Made by a program: the position numbers and the translations under genes. A stretch of DNA of 64,000 nt, taken from assembly GCF_009914755.1 (NCBI RefSeq), contig NC_060935.1. One strand, given 5' to 3'. The stretch is from the human T2T-CHM13v2.0 reference genome, Homo sapiens. Shown one piece after another: positions 1 to 11,494 of the stretch. Each line of letters begins with the position of its first letter. Within the stretch, counting starts at the first letter, position 1. The notes beneath the pieces were generated by a model. The model was given only the letters and a program-made list of their open reading frames with translations, had not been told where the DNA came from and did no database searches.

Positions 1-820
1 GTAAATTATTAGCACAAATGTTACCATTCATCTTTACATTGTGCATACCAGTTTAAATGCAAATCTAAGACCATTCAACTTGTGTGCAGAATTACTTAAA
101 TTACACAATTTGTCTTCCACAATTCAGATATTCATATGTGTTTTGTTTCTTTCCAGAACAGTGGAAACTGCACTTAACTAACTCAACTGTACTTCTCGAT
201 ATGTGCACATTCTACCAACACTCTCTATCTTTGGCTTGCTGATAAGTAAGGAAGGACGAAAAGAAAAAGGAATTATGGCTTGCCCCATCTTTCCCTTTCC
301 TTCTATGTCATCATTACAAGCATAAGTAGTTGGCTACTACAGGGAAGTAACATGAGTAAGCAGGGATGTGATAAAGTGCCTGGGCATTCATGTCTCTTAG
401 AGACATGCCACTGCCTTCTGTGTCCAGTGCAAGTTCTGGTTTGAATAGAAAGCGAGACCTCGTAGGGCTGCAGTGCCCATGCTTAGTCATAGATACGACA
501 TGCTTACTTTGTGCTTGCTTTGAGTCTCTCTGCACTCTCATGCATTGGGGATCCACTGGAGTTCTGTGTTCAAGGAACATCATCAACACTACATGTGGAT
601 GGAGCAATAAAAAACAGCGGACATCCACATTGCCCATACTTCCTCTGCTCACACGCACATTCTTGTCACATTGAGCTTCAATTATAAAACACAAATTCAA
701 AGATAAAATTATTATGACTTCCAGGACAGTAACAGCGGAGCATTAGACCAAACATGCAACCCTTCTGAGAATGGGGCCCTGTGTGATTGGACAGGCTAAA
801 CACCCATAAAGTCAGCCCTG
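1..820 (-). mobile_element. MER45-family hAT-Tip100 DNA transposon (long form, MER45B/C-like), cut by window start
   Basis: 705-820 matches the reverse complement of the MER45 terminus (...gagcattagaccaa...cccttctgag..ggggccctgtgtga..cacccataaagtcagccctg); the left extent is inferred. Confidence 0.7.
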
Positions 821-821
821 T

Positions 822-1015
822 GCTTACTAATTGTGGGAGCTCAGGTATATTTCTAAACCTCTCTGTATCTCAGTTTCTTCTTCTGTAAATTAGGAAAATG
901 ATCTTACCTATCCTATCTTATAAATTTGTTGTGAAAACAAGTTTACTAATGTGTAAAGTGCTTGAAATAGTGCCTGGCATATAGCACAATATAATTAATA
1001 GCTATTATTGTTATT
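822..1015 (+). mobile_element. MIR SINE
   Basis: core aacctctctgtatctcagtttcttcttctgtaaa and tail gtaaagtgcttgaaatagtgcctggcatatag. Confidence 0.85.
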
Positions 1016-1162
1016 GTATGATCATCATCATAATTTTTTTTAGTGGGGTAGGATCTAAAATTATGTCCTTAAAATGGTATTCAAGAATAATCCTTGAATT
1101 TTATATATCTGTACCATCCTTGTCCTGAAATTATCACAAGGTTTAAAAATTATGTTATAGTA

Positions 1163-1393
1163 CAGTTTCTCTACATTAGCATGATTTACATTTCTGGCCA
1201 GATAATTAGTTCATTTTTGTGGGGTGTTATCTTGTAGATTATAAAATATTTGGCAGCAAGCCTGACCTATATCCATGAAAAGATAGTAGTACTCTCTCCC
1301 CAGTTGTGACAACCAAAAATGTCTTTGGACATTGCCAAACTTGGGGGGGCAAAATCCTCCTCTCCAATCCCACTCTCCCATTGAGAACCACTG
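1163..1393 (-). mobile_element. MER20 hAT-Charlie MITE
   Basis: ccccagttgtgacaaccaaaaatgtct..gacattgccaaa..ggggggcaaaatc..ttgagaaccactg equals the MER20 reverse complement. Confidence 0.85.
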
Positions 1394-1707
1394 CTTTGTC
1401 ATTATATAGTATCCATCTGTCCAAGAACATTTAAGCTGTCTTGCCAAACAAGTACATCAAGGGCCAAATACCACCACCACCCACAAGCAGCACTCTCAAA
1501 CTCTAACATAGCAGGACCCCAAAATGACATTCTCCTTAGGTTAACCACAGTCCTATAGCAATCTGCCTTTTCTTCTCACTTACTGAGCAGGGGGGTTCAA
1601 GCTGTTTAAAAAAAAAAAAGTGGAAAGGTTCATTCAAGTCTGGGAACTGTCAAATCTCTGATAAGCCGGTCCAAAGAGACAGAAGTGAATTAGTTCTTGC
1701 TCCCAGG

Positions 1708-2235
1708 ATGGGAAGCCCTAGGAGGTATTATTGTCTAGACGATGCTCCAGCCCCGCTCCCTCCTCCCCCACTGCCGAGGACCTTGGCATGCCTCGGCTCA
1801 GACAGAGCCCTTATGGAAAGTAACATGAGGATTGTGCTGACTCCAGTGAGTTTGATTTATCAGGACTACTGGCATTTGCAAAAGCAAGTGGTCTGTTTGG
1901 ATGAGATGTTTCCCAGGCAAAATGAAGAAAAAAATCTGGCCGGATTCTCACTGCTCTTGGAACTTCTGAATGTCATTGATGCTTCTCAGCAGAGCGAAAA
2001 CAACAGGCATTTTATCTGCAGGAGACTGTAGGTGTCCCAGGCATATGTGGCCCCCATTGCGCATCACCTCCTCGAGCACTTTTGAGTCCTTAACACCAAG
2101 AATGTCAACAAGCCCACCCTCTACACTGCTCGACTTTGCTTGTTCTGTAGCCTTCCTCACCACACTCCCCTCCTCAGGCCTCCCTCCATTTCCCCTCCCC
2201 CAACTCCAGGTCCACTCCCATCTGTTTTCTGTTAA
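1708..2235 (+). pseudogene. Putative decayed coding segment, death-effector-domain-like pattern (unconfirmed)
   Basis: One frame open from 1708 to TAA 2233 except TAG 2029 and TGA 2083 (each one C>T from CAG/CGA); locally raised CpG; peptide pattern resembles DED helices. Confidence 0.3.
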
Positions 2236-2484
2236 GAGTTCATTTTCAGAGTGCAGGCTGGTGGAATTCGGAGTTCAGACCCCCTCGAGTGATGAGAGTC
2301 CTGGGGCTGCTGAAGGTCCCTTCATGCAGTCCCTGCCACCTCCCCCTCCTTTCCCTCCCTGTGCCCCATTTGCCCTTGTGCAATAACATGCTGGAGCCCA
2401 CATCTGTTTTCAATTCCATGTTCATTTGAACTGTTCTGGGAAAATGGAGGATCTCACTAAAGGCTAGGGTCTTAAAGCAACAGC

Positions 2485-3196
2485 ATGAATGCAAACAACT
2501 TCATTGGACCAACAAAGAAATACATATATATATATATCCTTCCATATGCAAGCTGGAGCTATTTCATGGATGATCTCTGTGTCTACACTGGTTCCTGGAT
2601 GAGGCAATATATAATTACGGACTCTTAATTCCTTAATTCTTAGTTCCGATGGTCATCTCTTGCCCAATTTCCAATGTGGGAATGTTGCCTGAATTCCATC
2701 CACAATCTGAATTAACAGAGTAGATGTTCTCAGACTCCTGTCTTTGGCTTCAGCTTATTGTCTGATCACAACAGTAGATTTTTTTGTTTCCCATTGGAAA
2801 AATAATGTAGGATATCCTTCTTCTTCTTCAGAGAAGTCTATTTGACCATAATGAGGAAGCCATTACCTATATCTTACAGGTCACTGCTAAGTTGGGGGAA
2901 GAATTAATTTAAAAAGCTTCAGAGTCCAGAAGATCCTGGAAAAACAAGCTGTGTCGTCATAAAAAAAAAAAGCCCTAGTGATAGGAAGTTACCATAATAA
3001 AAAGAATTTGTTCTTTGAGGAAATGGGGAACCAAAGGTTGTTTATTTGTCATAATGGAGAATATAATGCTTCTATTTCATCCCTTCTCCAAAAACAGCCT
3101 GAATGTTGCATGCCCCTGCATCCTTTGAGGAACATCCAAGTCACAGGTACAAGGAGAAGAGAATTATTAACTCAAGAAGTATTCATGTTAATTTAA
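2485..3196 (+). pseudogene. Putative highly degenerate TRIM-type RING/B-box/coiled-coil relic
   Basis: Across frameshifts: SIC-x-LE-YFMD (2541), ISCPISN (2655), FFRE..TGH..EE..KKLQ (2825-2922), then a coiled-coil-like stretch in ORF 2978-3196; order and spacing fit RBCC. Confidence 0.35.
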
Positions 3197-3545
3197 TATT
3201 CATATATTCCATATCAATAATGCAACATTCATTTATTATGTACCTTATATATAACAATATGTGATATCCCACCCTGACAAATATTTGTGGAATAATTATA
3301 CATTCATATGTCTTACAGGTTATATATGTATATATATATATACACACATTTATTCAACAAATACTGAGACAATATATAATAATAACCCTAATGTATAATT
3401 AACTATATATAGTATGTAGCTATTATATGAGTAATGTAAATATATACAAACATGTTGAAATGATGCATATAAAATTAATGTAAAATTATATTCTAGAATG
3501 TATAGAATAATCAATATATAATAGATTCATATATACTAGTGACAT
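3190..3545. repeat. AT-rich low-complexity tract with (TA)n
   Basis: multiple TATATA runs and very low GC. Confidence 0.7.
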
Positions 3546-3565
3546 TCATTCAACAGCAATTTAAG

Positions 3566-3820
3566 GCACTGTAGCTTGGTAGTTTAGAATTTGGGCTCTG
3601 GCACCCGGTTTTTCAAGTTCAAATCTTGTTCAAATCCACTTAATTATTGTGTGACCTTGGCAAGTTACTTCACCTAGCTGGGTCGTGATTTCCTCATGTG
3701 TGAAATAGATATAATGACATTAGCTACCCAAAAGGGGTCGTAAGAGATTTTAATAAGTTAATCCCCGAAAAAATTCTTTAGAAAACTCTAGCATATGGTT
3801 AGAGCTTGATCAACATTAAC
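3566..3820 (+). mobile_element. MIR SINE
   Basis: gggctctgg..gttcaaatc..ccactt..tgtgtgaccttggcaagttacttcacct..tttcctcatgtgtgaaat. Confidence 0.8.
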
Positions 3821-5019
3821 AGTTATGTGCTCCATCTGGGCAATGCTAGAGTTATGGTCTAGTGAGGGAGACAAGCACTAAAATGGGGTGAAGAAGGTGA
3901 AATAAGTGGTAAAGTAGTAGGTGCCACTCATAGAGGAAGGAGATGAGGAGCTTTCTTTCCAGCCCCAGACTCTTTTACAAGAGAGTTCAAGATAGGATTC
4001 CTATTTACTGAGAAGTATAGTTACCACTGAGTTGACATCAAGAACCAATATTATTATCAACTTTCTCTATTTTTTATTTGATTTTACATCAATCTGAGGA
4101 TGTAATTGGCTTGATTCTCACCCAAAGTTAGTAGGTTTTGAGAGAAGAGGGATTTGGGTACTTAAAGTATCACCCGATAGATTTACTGCTTCCACAACAA
4201 ACCCTACATGTAAAGCTGCTACAAAAAGAATTTTATGTAGTGTCATCTCTAAAGGTTTTAATCTAATTTTAGGTTGGCATTAAATTTGAAGCCTAAATAT
4301 TTTATTAAGGAGACTCTCCACAACCTTAATTCAGCTTTTGGTTGGAACTTGGGTTGGATTCTAGAAAGCCTCTTTCTCTCAAATAAAAAGCTCATAGGTC
4401 AGGTTTCTATAAATAAATGTCATTTTATTTTCATTCACTCAGTTTCCCAACTAACTCAGATATAATTTCTGATATAATTTCACTTATTGATAATCTCAAT
4501 CCCCTTCTTAGACCCTGCTCACTTTAACCTGCAGATGTTCCAGAGGGTAAAGGGTGCAAAGGTGTACAGATGAAAAACAAAATATTTTTTTCAGTCCCAG
4601 GGCCTGTTTTAGCTTCTGGCACCTTCTCCCAGAACTCATATTTACCCAAGACTTAATAAAATAAACCTAGTTCTTCACCATAAAGTCTATAGAACTTTGA
4701 AACTCCATATACTTTAAAAGAATCTCATAACAAAGGACAAAATGTCCTTGAAGAAATAGTAGTTGCTTAATAAGTTCTTCAAAGGAAAACCTTCCATATA
4801 ATCTTTTTTTTTTAATTAAGAAGGAGCAAAGTTAAAAAAAAAACCCTCCCATATAATGAAAGGAAAAAATACTGGGAAACAAGACCATATTAAATTTGCC
4901 CAATGAGGCAGGCTCATAGGGGGAAAAGTAGTGTGCTCAGACCTACTGCTATTGATCATGGTAAGTTTGAAGAAAATGAGATCAGAGAGGGTTAAAAGAT
5001 TGTTGACTCAAAGAGCAAA

Positions 5020-5470
5020 GCAGCAATATGACAAGTGCGTTTTGGAAAAGAGACCTGAGTTCAAACCTCATATCTGTCTTTTACTAACTATGTGACCTCG
5101 AGTCATTTGCCTAATAAAATGAACTTTATCTTCCCTGTTTGTTCCATGCCACCTGTTTGGCTCCTTGCAATGATTGGCAATTGGTCTCATTAATCTCTGT
5201 GAACCATTCCCAGCACATGAGAATTATGAAATGCATGCTACCTGTCCTCATAGGAAATCAACATGTCACAGTAGAAAGAGTACGGCATTGGAATTAGGTA
5301 GGTGGAGTTTCAGAGACATGCCATGCGTTGACCTGCTCTGTAATCTTGCACTCAGTTGCCTCTTTTTAAAGAGGGGCTAATAATACCCACCAGGCATGAC
5401 AGTAATATGAATTAAATCAAATGACACCAGTCTCTGGCTCATAGTATGTATTCAACAGAGGGTAGATATT
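5020..5470 (+). mobile_element. Two degenerate MIR fragments
   Basis: agacctgagttcaaacctc..actaactatgtgacctcg; ctcagttgcctctttttaaagaggggctaataataccc..tggctcatagtatgtattcaac. Confidence 0.6.
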
Positions 5471-6374
5471 TTATCACTTCCATGGAACAGAACAGAAGAG
5501 AAGTTCCAGTATTACCTCTAACACTGCTTCATTAGGCCCCAACTCAGTGCCCTCCATGGACAACCGAACATGCTCAAATACTCCAGGACAGAAAACCTCA
5601 GTCAGCTGGAGAGGTAGGAGAGCTTTATAGAGATGGAAATTTAAGATGATAAAACACTTCACCAGTGGGTGGTAAATATATAGATACCCTATTTCCCAAA
5701 ATAGCTCTGGGCTTTGGGGTGCCGGGGTAAGCGGGCTACCATCCCACTTCCATAGCTGATAGCAGAGAAATGCCTGCTGGGGACAGAAAAGCTAGAGAAA
5801 TGTGTTTATCTTCCAAGGAATACTTATAAAATAATTGGTGAGGGGGGTCTTCTAGGGTTACGTCGAATGTATAAACTGTTTATTTTTGCAGCACTGATTG
5901 GGAGTGCATGGAGAAGGGCTAATGCACTTGGGTTCAATGTTTACTCCTTCTAAGGGGCTGCACCCAGGGTTCATGAATGTGCAGTCATCCTCTTTCTAAA
6001 ATAGATATTATTCCCCAGTTTTTCTCCAATGATACCAAGCCATAACATCTCACTCCATTTCCCCTCTTTTTAACCCAGTGGGTACAATTGGAAACCAGCA
6101 GCCCATCCCACAAAAAATTTAGGGGAATACTCCCATGTGGGTATCCTAAAAGACTCTCTTGTACTCACTCCCACTAATTGGTTGGAGGAGGGAGTGACTG
6201 TTTTCAATCAACTCTGCGTTAACTTGAACTTGTCCCTGCATCGAAACATAATGGGGAGGGTATTTTTTCTCAAAAGATTTATCGTAACTAATTAATCATC
6301 ATGACCATAAAAATCTGTTCATTTTTGTGAGGCATAGAAATTATGTGAAATCTGTCCAATAATGTTCATAAGAG

Positions 6375-6620
6375 TAACACTGAATGAACGCTGATTAGGC
6401 ACCAGGCATCCTTCTGAGTACTTTGTAGAGATTAATTTATAAATTATCACAACAGTTATTCTGTGTGATTTAATATTATTATCCCTATTTATAGATAAGG
6501 TAACAGAAGTACAGAGAATTTAACTATCTTGTGCAAGACGCTTAAGAAATGAAAGGAGTAAACTATGAATCTGCAATTTGGAATGCAGGCAAATCAGGTC
6601 AGGGCCTGCTATTTAAATCC
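6375..6620 (-). mobile_element. MIR SINE
   Basis: tattattatccctattttatagataaggtaacagaagtacagaga (reverse MIR core). Confidence 0.7.
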
Positions 6621-6770
6621 TGCTGTAGAGGACTGCATTTTTACATTGACCATAGAAATGTATTAGACAGAGGAGCATCTAGAAACACTAGAAATCCTGC
6701 AAATCCACAAGGTCTAGCTCTCAGCCCTACGAGGAAGGCCCCTCTCCAGGTTTGTTCCTCCCTTGGGTAT

Positions 6771-7127
6771 TGATATTGTTTGGCTGTGTCCCCACCCAAA
6801 TCTCATCTTGAATTGTAGCTCCCATAATTCCCACTTGTGGAAGGTACCCAGCGGGAATTAACTGAATCATGGGGGCAGGTCTTTACCATGCTGTTCTCAT
6901 GATAGTGAATAAGTTTCACAAGATCCAATGGTTTTTTTAAAGAGGAGTCTGCCCATACAGGCTCTCTTCTCTTGTCTGCTGCCATGTGTGATGTGCCTTT
7001 CACCTTCTGCCATGATTGTGAGGCCTCCCCAGCCACTTGGAGCTGTAAGTCCATTAAACTTCTTTCTTTTGTAAATTGCCCAGTCTTGGGTATGTCTTTA
7101 TCAGCAACATGAAAATGAACTAATACA
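6771..7127 (+). mobile_element. THE1 (THE1B-like) solo LTR, ERVL-MaLR
   Basis: TGATATTGTTTGGCTGTGTCCCCACCCAAATCTC...CTAATACA termini; 5-bp TSD ggtat/ggtac. Confidence 0.95.
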
Positions 7128-7455
7128 GGTACACTGCCTCAGTCCTATAGGCAGTAGCTTCTCCCTGGAGCTACTATTTCTGTGTTCTTTAGCCTCTCTT
7201 TTCCCTGTACTAGTCAATCCCTTGTCACTCCAGTCTCCTGTTAATCCCCTATTTGTATATATTAAACTGTTACTGTTCAAATCCCTCATGCTTCCTGCCT
7301 CCCCAGAGGTATGGCCCCGAAACTTGCTCAGTGCCTCCTGTCCTACTTTTCCCTTTGCATCCGCTTCAGCTGCTCTTGACTCCTCGCTGTTCCTCTGGTC
7401 TTCCATCTGTGTTCCCACCTCAGAGCTTTTGTACTTGCCCTTCCCTGGAAAGACT

Positions 7456-7456
<1 letters not shown>

Positions 7457-7495
<39 letters not shown>
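7457..7495. repeat. (CA)19 microsatellite
   Basis: perfect CA run. Confidence 0.98.
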
Positions 7496-7497
<2 letters not shown>

Positions 7498-7504
7498 CTT
7501 AGAT

Positions 7505-9585
7505 TTGATAAGTGAATGTATTGAATTCACAGGATACAAAATAAACTGACAAAACTCAGTAGCGTTTCTGCACACCAAAAATGATCAAGCTGAGAAGCAA
7601 ATCAAGAGGCAATATCATTTACAATAGCTACAAAAACAAAACAAAATAAAATAAAATACCTAGGAATATATTTAATTAAGGAAGTGAAAGACCTTTGATG
7701 GAAGAAATTGTACATGGCACAAAAAATAGAAAGCACTCCATGTTCATAAATTATTCAAATGACCAGACTGCTCAAAGCAATCTATAGATTCAATGCAATC
7801 CTTATCAAAATACCAACGTTATTTTTTTACAGAATTAGAAAAAACAATCCTAAAATTCACATGAAACCAAAAAAGAGCCCAAATACCCAATGAAATCCTA
7901 AGCAAAAGAACAAAGCTGAAGGTATCACATTACCTGACTTCAAATTATAATACAGGGCGATGTATGGCACTGGTGTAAAATTGGACACATAAATCAATGA
8001 AACCAAACAGAGAAACCAGAAATTAAGCCATATCTCTATAGCCAACTGATCTTTGACAAAGTTGACAAGAACATACAGTAGGGAGAGGATACCCTTCTCA
8101 ATAAATAATTCTGGGAAAATTGGAAAATTGGATATCCATATACAGGAGAACGAAACTGGACCCCTATCTCTCACTATATACAATAATCAACTCAAGATGG
8201 ATAAAAGACTTAAATGTAAGAACTGAAACTACAATAATACTAAAAGAAAACCTAGGAAAAAATACTTTGGACATTGGTGTAAGCCAGGGGTGTACAATCT
8301 TTTGGCTTTCCTGGGTCACACTGGAGAAGAAGAATTGTCTTGGGCCACACGTAAAATGTAATAACACTAACAACAGCTGATGAGCTCATAAAAGTCACTA
8401 ATAAATAATAATGTTTTAAGAAAGTTTAAGAATTTGTGTTGGGTCACATTCAAAGCCGACCTGGGCTGCATGTGGCTCATGGGCTACAGGTTGAACAAGG
8501 TTGGTCTAGGCAAAGAATTCATGACTAGGACTTCAAACACACAGGCAACAAAAACAAAAATAAACAAATAGGATTTAATTAATTAGAAAGCTTCTGCATA
8601 GCAAAAGTAATAATTAACAAGCTGAATAGGCAACCTACACAACAAAATAAAATATTTGTAAACTATGCATCTGACTGGGGACTAATATCCAGAATTTACA
8701 AGGAATTCAAACAACTCAAAAACAAACAAACAAAAACCAGAAACAATTTTATTAAAAAGTGGGCAAAGGGCATGAATAGACATTTTTAAAAAGAAGACAT
8801 AGATGTCCAACAGATATATGAAAAATGTTCAACATTGCTAATCATCAGCAAAATGCTAATCAAAACCACAATGAGATATCATCCTAACTCAGAATGATTA
8901 TTATTAAAGAGACAAAAAATAACAGATGTTGGCAAAGATGCAGAGAAAAGGGAGCATGTATACACTATTGGTGGATATGTAAATTATTTCAACCTCTATG
9001 GAAAACACTATGGAAATTTGTCCAACATCTAAAAATAGGACTACCCTTCAATCCAGCAATGCCACTACTGGGTATCTACCCAAAGGGAAAGAATTACTTA
9101 TATCTAAAAGATACCACCACTAGCATGTTTCTTACCACACCATTCACAATAGCCAAGATATGGAATCAACCTAAGTGTCCATCAGTGGATAATTGAGTAA
9201 AGAAAATGTGGTACATATACACAATGGACTACTATTTAGCCATAAAAAAGAATGAAACTATGTCTTTTGTGGCAATATGGATGGGACAAGAGGCCATTAT
9301 CTTAAGTAAAACAACTAGAAACAGAAAGACAAATACTGCATGTTTTCATTTATAAGTGGGAGCTAACTAATGTGTACACACGGACAGAATGTGGAATAAT
9401 AGATAACGGACACTAGGAAAGTTGGAGGGGTTGGAGGAGGGTGGATGACGAGAAATTAATTAATGGGTACAATGTATGTTAGTTGGGTGATAGATACATT
9501 AAAAGTTCTGAATTCATCACTTTGCAATAAACCTATGGAACAAAATTACATTTGTACCCCTTAAATTTATAAAAATAAAAAATAC
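7505..9585 (+). mobile_element. 5'-truncated L1 (L1PB4-like): ORF2 3' part, 3'UTR and A tail
   Basis: ORF2-like peptides ([20 protein letters not shown]; RCWQRCREKG..HYWW.CKL.QPLWK); 3'UTR gagaaattaattaatgggtacaatgta..ttgtaccccttaaatttataaaaataaaa. Confidence 0.92.
8285..8503 (+). mobile_element. MER30 hAT-Charlie MITE inserted in L1
   Basis: CAGGGGTGTACAATCTTTTGGCTT...GGTTGAACAAGGTTG; 8-bp TSD gtgtaagc/gtctaggc. Confidence 0.93.
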
Positions 9586-9599
9586 AATACCAAAAATTC

Positions 9600-10810
9600 T
9601 AAAAAATTATGAGGTGGTTTGAACTAAGCAATGAAAATAACATAAGAACATCAAGATGAATCAATATAAAGTATCCAATCTGAAGAACCCAGAGAAAAAG
9701 AATAGTGGCGGAAGTATTGGAGACCTGTAGGACAATATTAAATGTTTTAAAATATGATTATTTGAAATCTCAGACAATGAGGATACAGAATGGCAAAAAA
9801 AAATTTTCAAACAATTAACAACTGAAGTTTACAAATTTGAAGCAATTCAGAAATTTAAAGAATCAGGAAATTCAGCCACCCAAAGAGGCTAAACATGAAG
9901 ATGATCATACCTCAACATATCACACAAAAATTGCTACAAACCAATATTTTGAAAGCAGTCAGAGAAATACAACACATTGCATACAGAGAGAAAATGATGA
10001 TTCAAATAACTATTAACTTCTCATCAGAAACAAGGAAGGTTAAGAAGACAATGAAAAAAATTATATTGGTAATTGACAGATTAAATTAACCAAACAATTG
10101 ATAAGATTTAAGAAAACTATGCAACAAAATATGTTTAACTTTAAGCTTAGATTTTTTTCAGATCATAAGACAATAAAGCTACCAAACCCAATAAAGGTAG
10201 ACAACTGTATTCTCACCTTCACTCTTTGTATTTGGGTTATTTTAAAATATTTTAAAGGAATTCATGGGTCAGTATAGAAATCATATGAGAATTGATAACA
10301 TGTTCCACAATGAATTGTAATAAAAGCAGTGCTAAAGTTCTTAAAATGAAACATATAGTCTTAAGTGTCTATTTTAGGAAGTAAAAAGTATTTCTTAAAA
10401 TTTTACTTCTGCAATTTAGAAAATCTGAGTAATTCCAAGAAAAATAGAAAGAAGAAAATAATAAACATGAAAGAATACATTAATGAAACATTAAACAAAA
10501 CAAACCATCAAAAGCAACAGAAAAAAATTAGTAGGAAAATGAAATACATAAAATGTTGACAGGTTGGTCAATGCAAAATGGAACTTTCAAGTAATTAATC
10601 TAAGAGTAAAAATTTGATGTAATTGCAGATGACATAGGCTTTTAAAAATTAAAAGACAATATAAGGAACATTGGCGTGTAATAAATTTGACAACTTAAAT
10701 GTAATGAAGCTTTTACTAAAAGATTATTTTAAAAGTACTCAAGAAAAAATTTAACAGACAAAACAAAATATACTCGTTAGCCATTAGAGAAAATGAATTA
10801 ATGTAGATTC
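9600..10810 (+). mobile_element. Old L1M fragments (ORF1 and ORF2 remnants)
   Basis: atccaatctgaagaacccagagaaaaaga, gacctgtaggacaatatta, aacttctcatcagaaaca, aaagcagtgct, aataaatttgacaactta. Confidence 0.7.
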
Positions 10811-11490
10811 TACTTTCCACCAAGAAAAAGTAACAGAAGTCATTTTTGCCTAGCCACCTGAAGCAAACAAACAAAAATAAAACAGACAAAATACCAGGAA
10901 CAATTGAATATCAGGCAACAAAAGATTATGATCTGTCAGAGGGATCTAGGAAAGCAATGAGCTGAGGCCTAAGACCTTCCCACCTTACTCTTTCGAGACT
11001 CTGTCCAGGATTTAATTCAGGAAGAGGCAATCCAGATGAAGACTGAAAAACTCCTGAGTTGAGAAGACAGAACTGAAAATCTGGGATTATCAGTGTGGCT
11101 GGACTTCCCAGGACAGAATACCAGAGAGGAGGGAGCCACACAGAGAGAAAACTAGAGACAAGCAGAAAATTATCCTTGATTATTCAACAGAGCACTCTTC
11201 AGTATATGTGTATGAGGAAATTACATGACACAGGAGAAAGAGCATCCAAAATGATTAGAAGAAATGGTAGCTCATATTCTCACTGTATGGGAACACTGCC
11301 TGGATTGTTCCAACAAGACAGAGAGAAAAACCTTGTAATTTATAGGGCATTAGGTAAAAGTCTCAGAAAGTCTTATCTCATTAGTGGAACATAACTAGGC
11401 CTAGACTAAATGCTGTTCTTTTCCTACCCAACAAATCTCCAAAGCAAGAAATAAAAGGATCAAACTGTTCACAAGTATCTCAAGTCTCAG
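10811..11490 (+). mobile_element. Old L1M 5' region remnant
   Basis: resembles L1M4/L1MD 5' sequence; continues as an ORF1 remnant after the nested L1MA. Confidence 0.5.
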
Positions 11491-11494
11491 GAAG

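Noticed and set aside
1948-2163. Minus-strand 71-aa ORF
   Set aside because: Shares codon boundaries with the plus-strand decayed frame; best explained as its antisense shadow.
7101-7549. ORFs with CVCV/HTHT repeats
   Set aside because: Translation of the (CA)n microsatellite.
8120-9196. ORFs 8120-8380 and 8894-9196 (and 11880-12110) with real protein similarity
   Set aside because: They are fragments of L1 ORF2 in truncated, frameshifted elements, not host genes.
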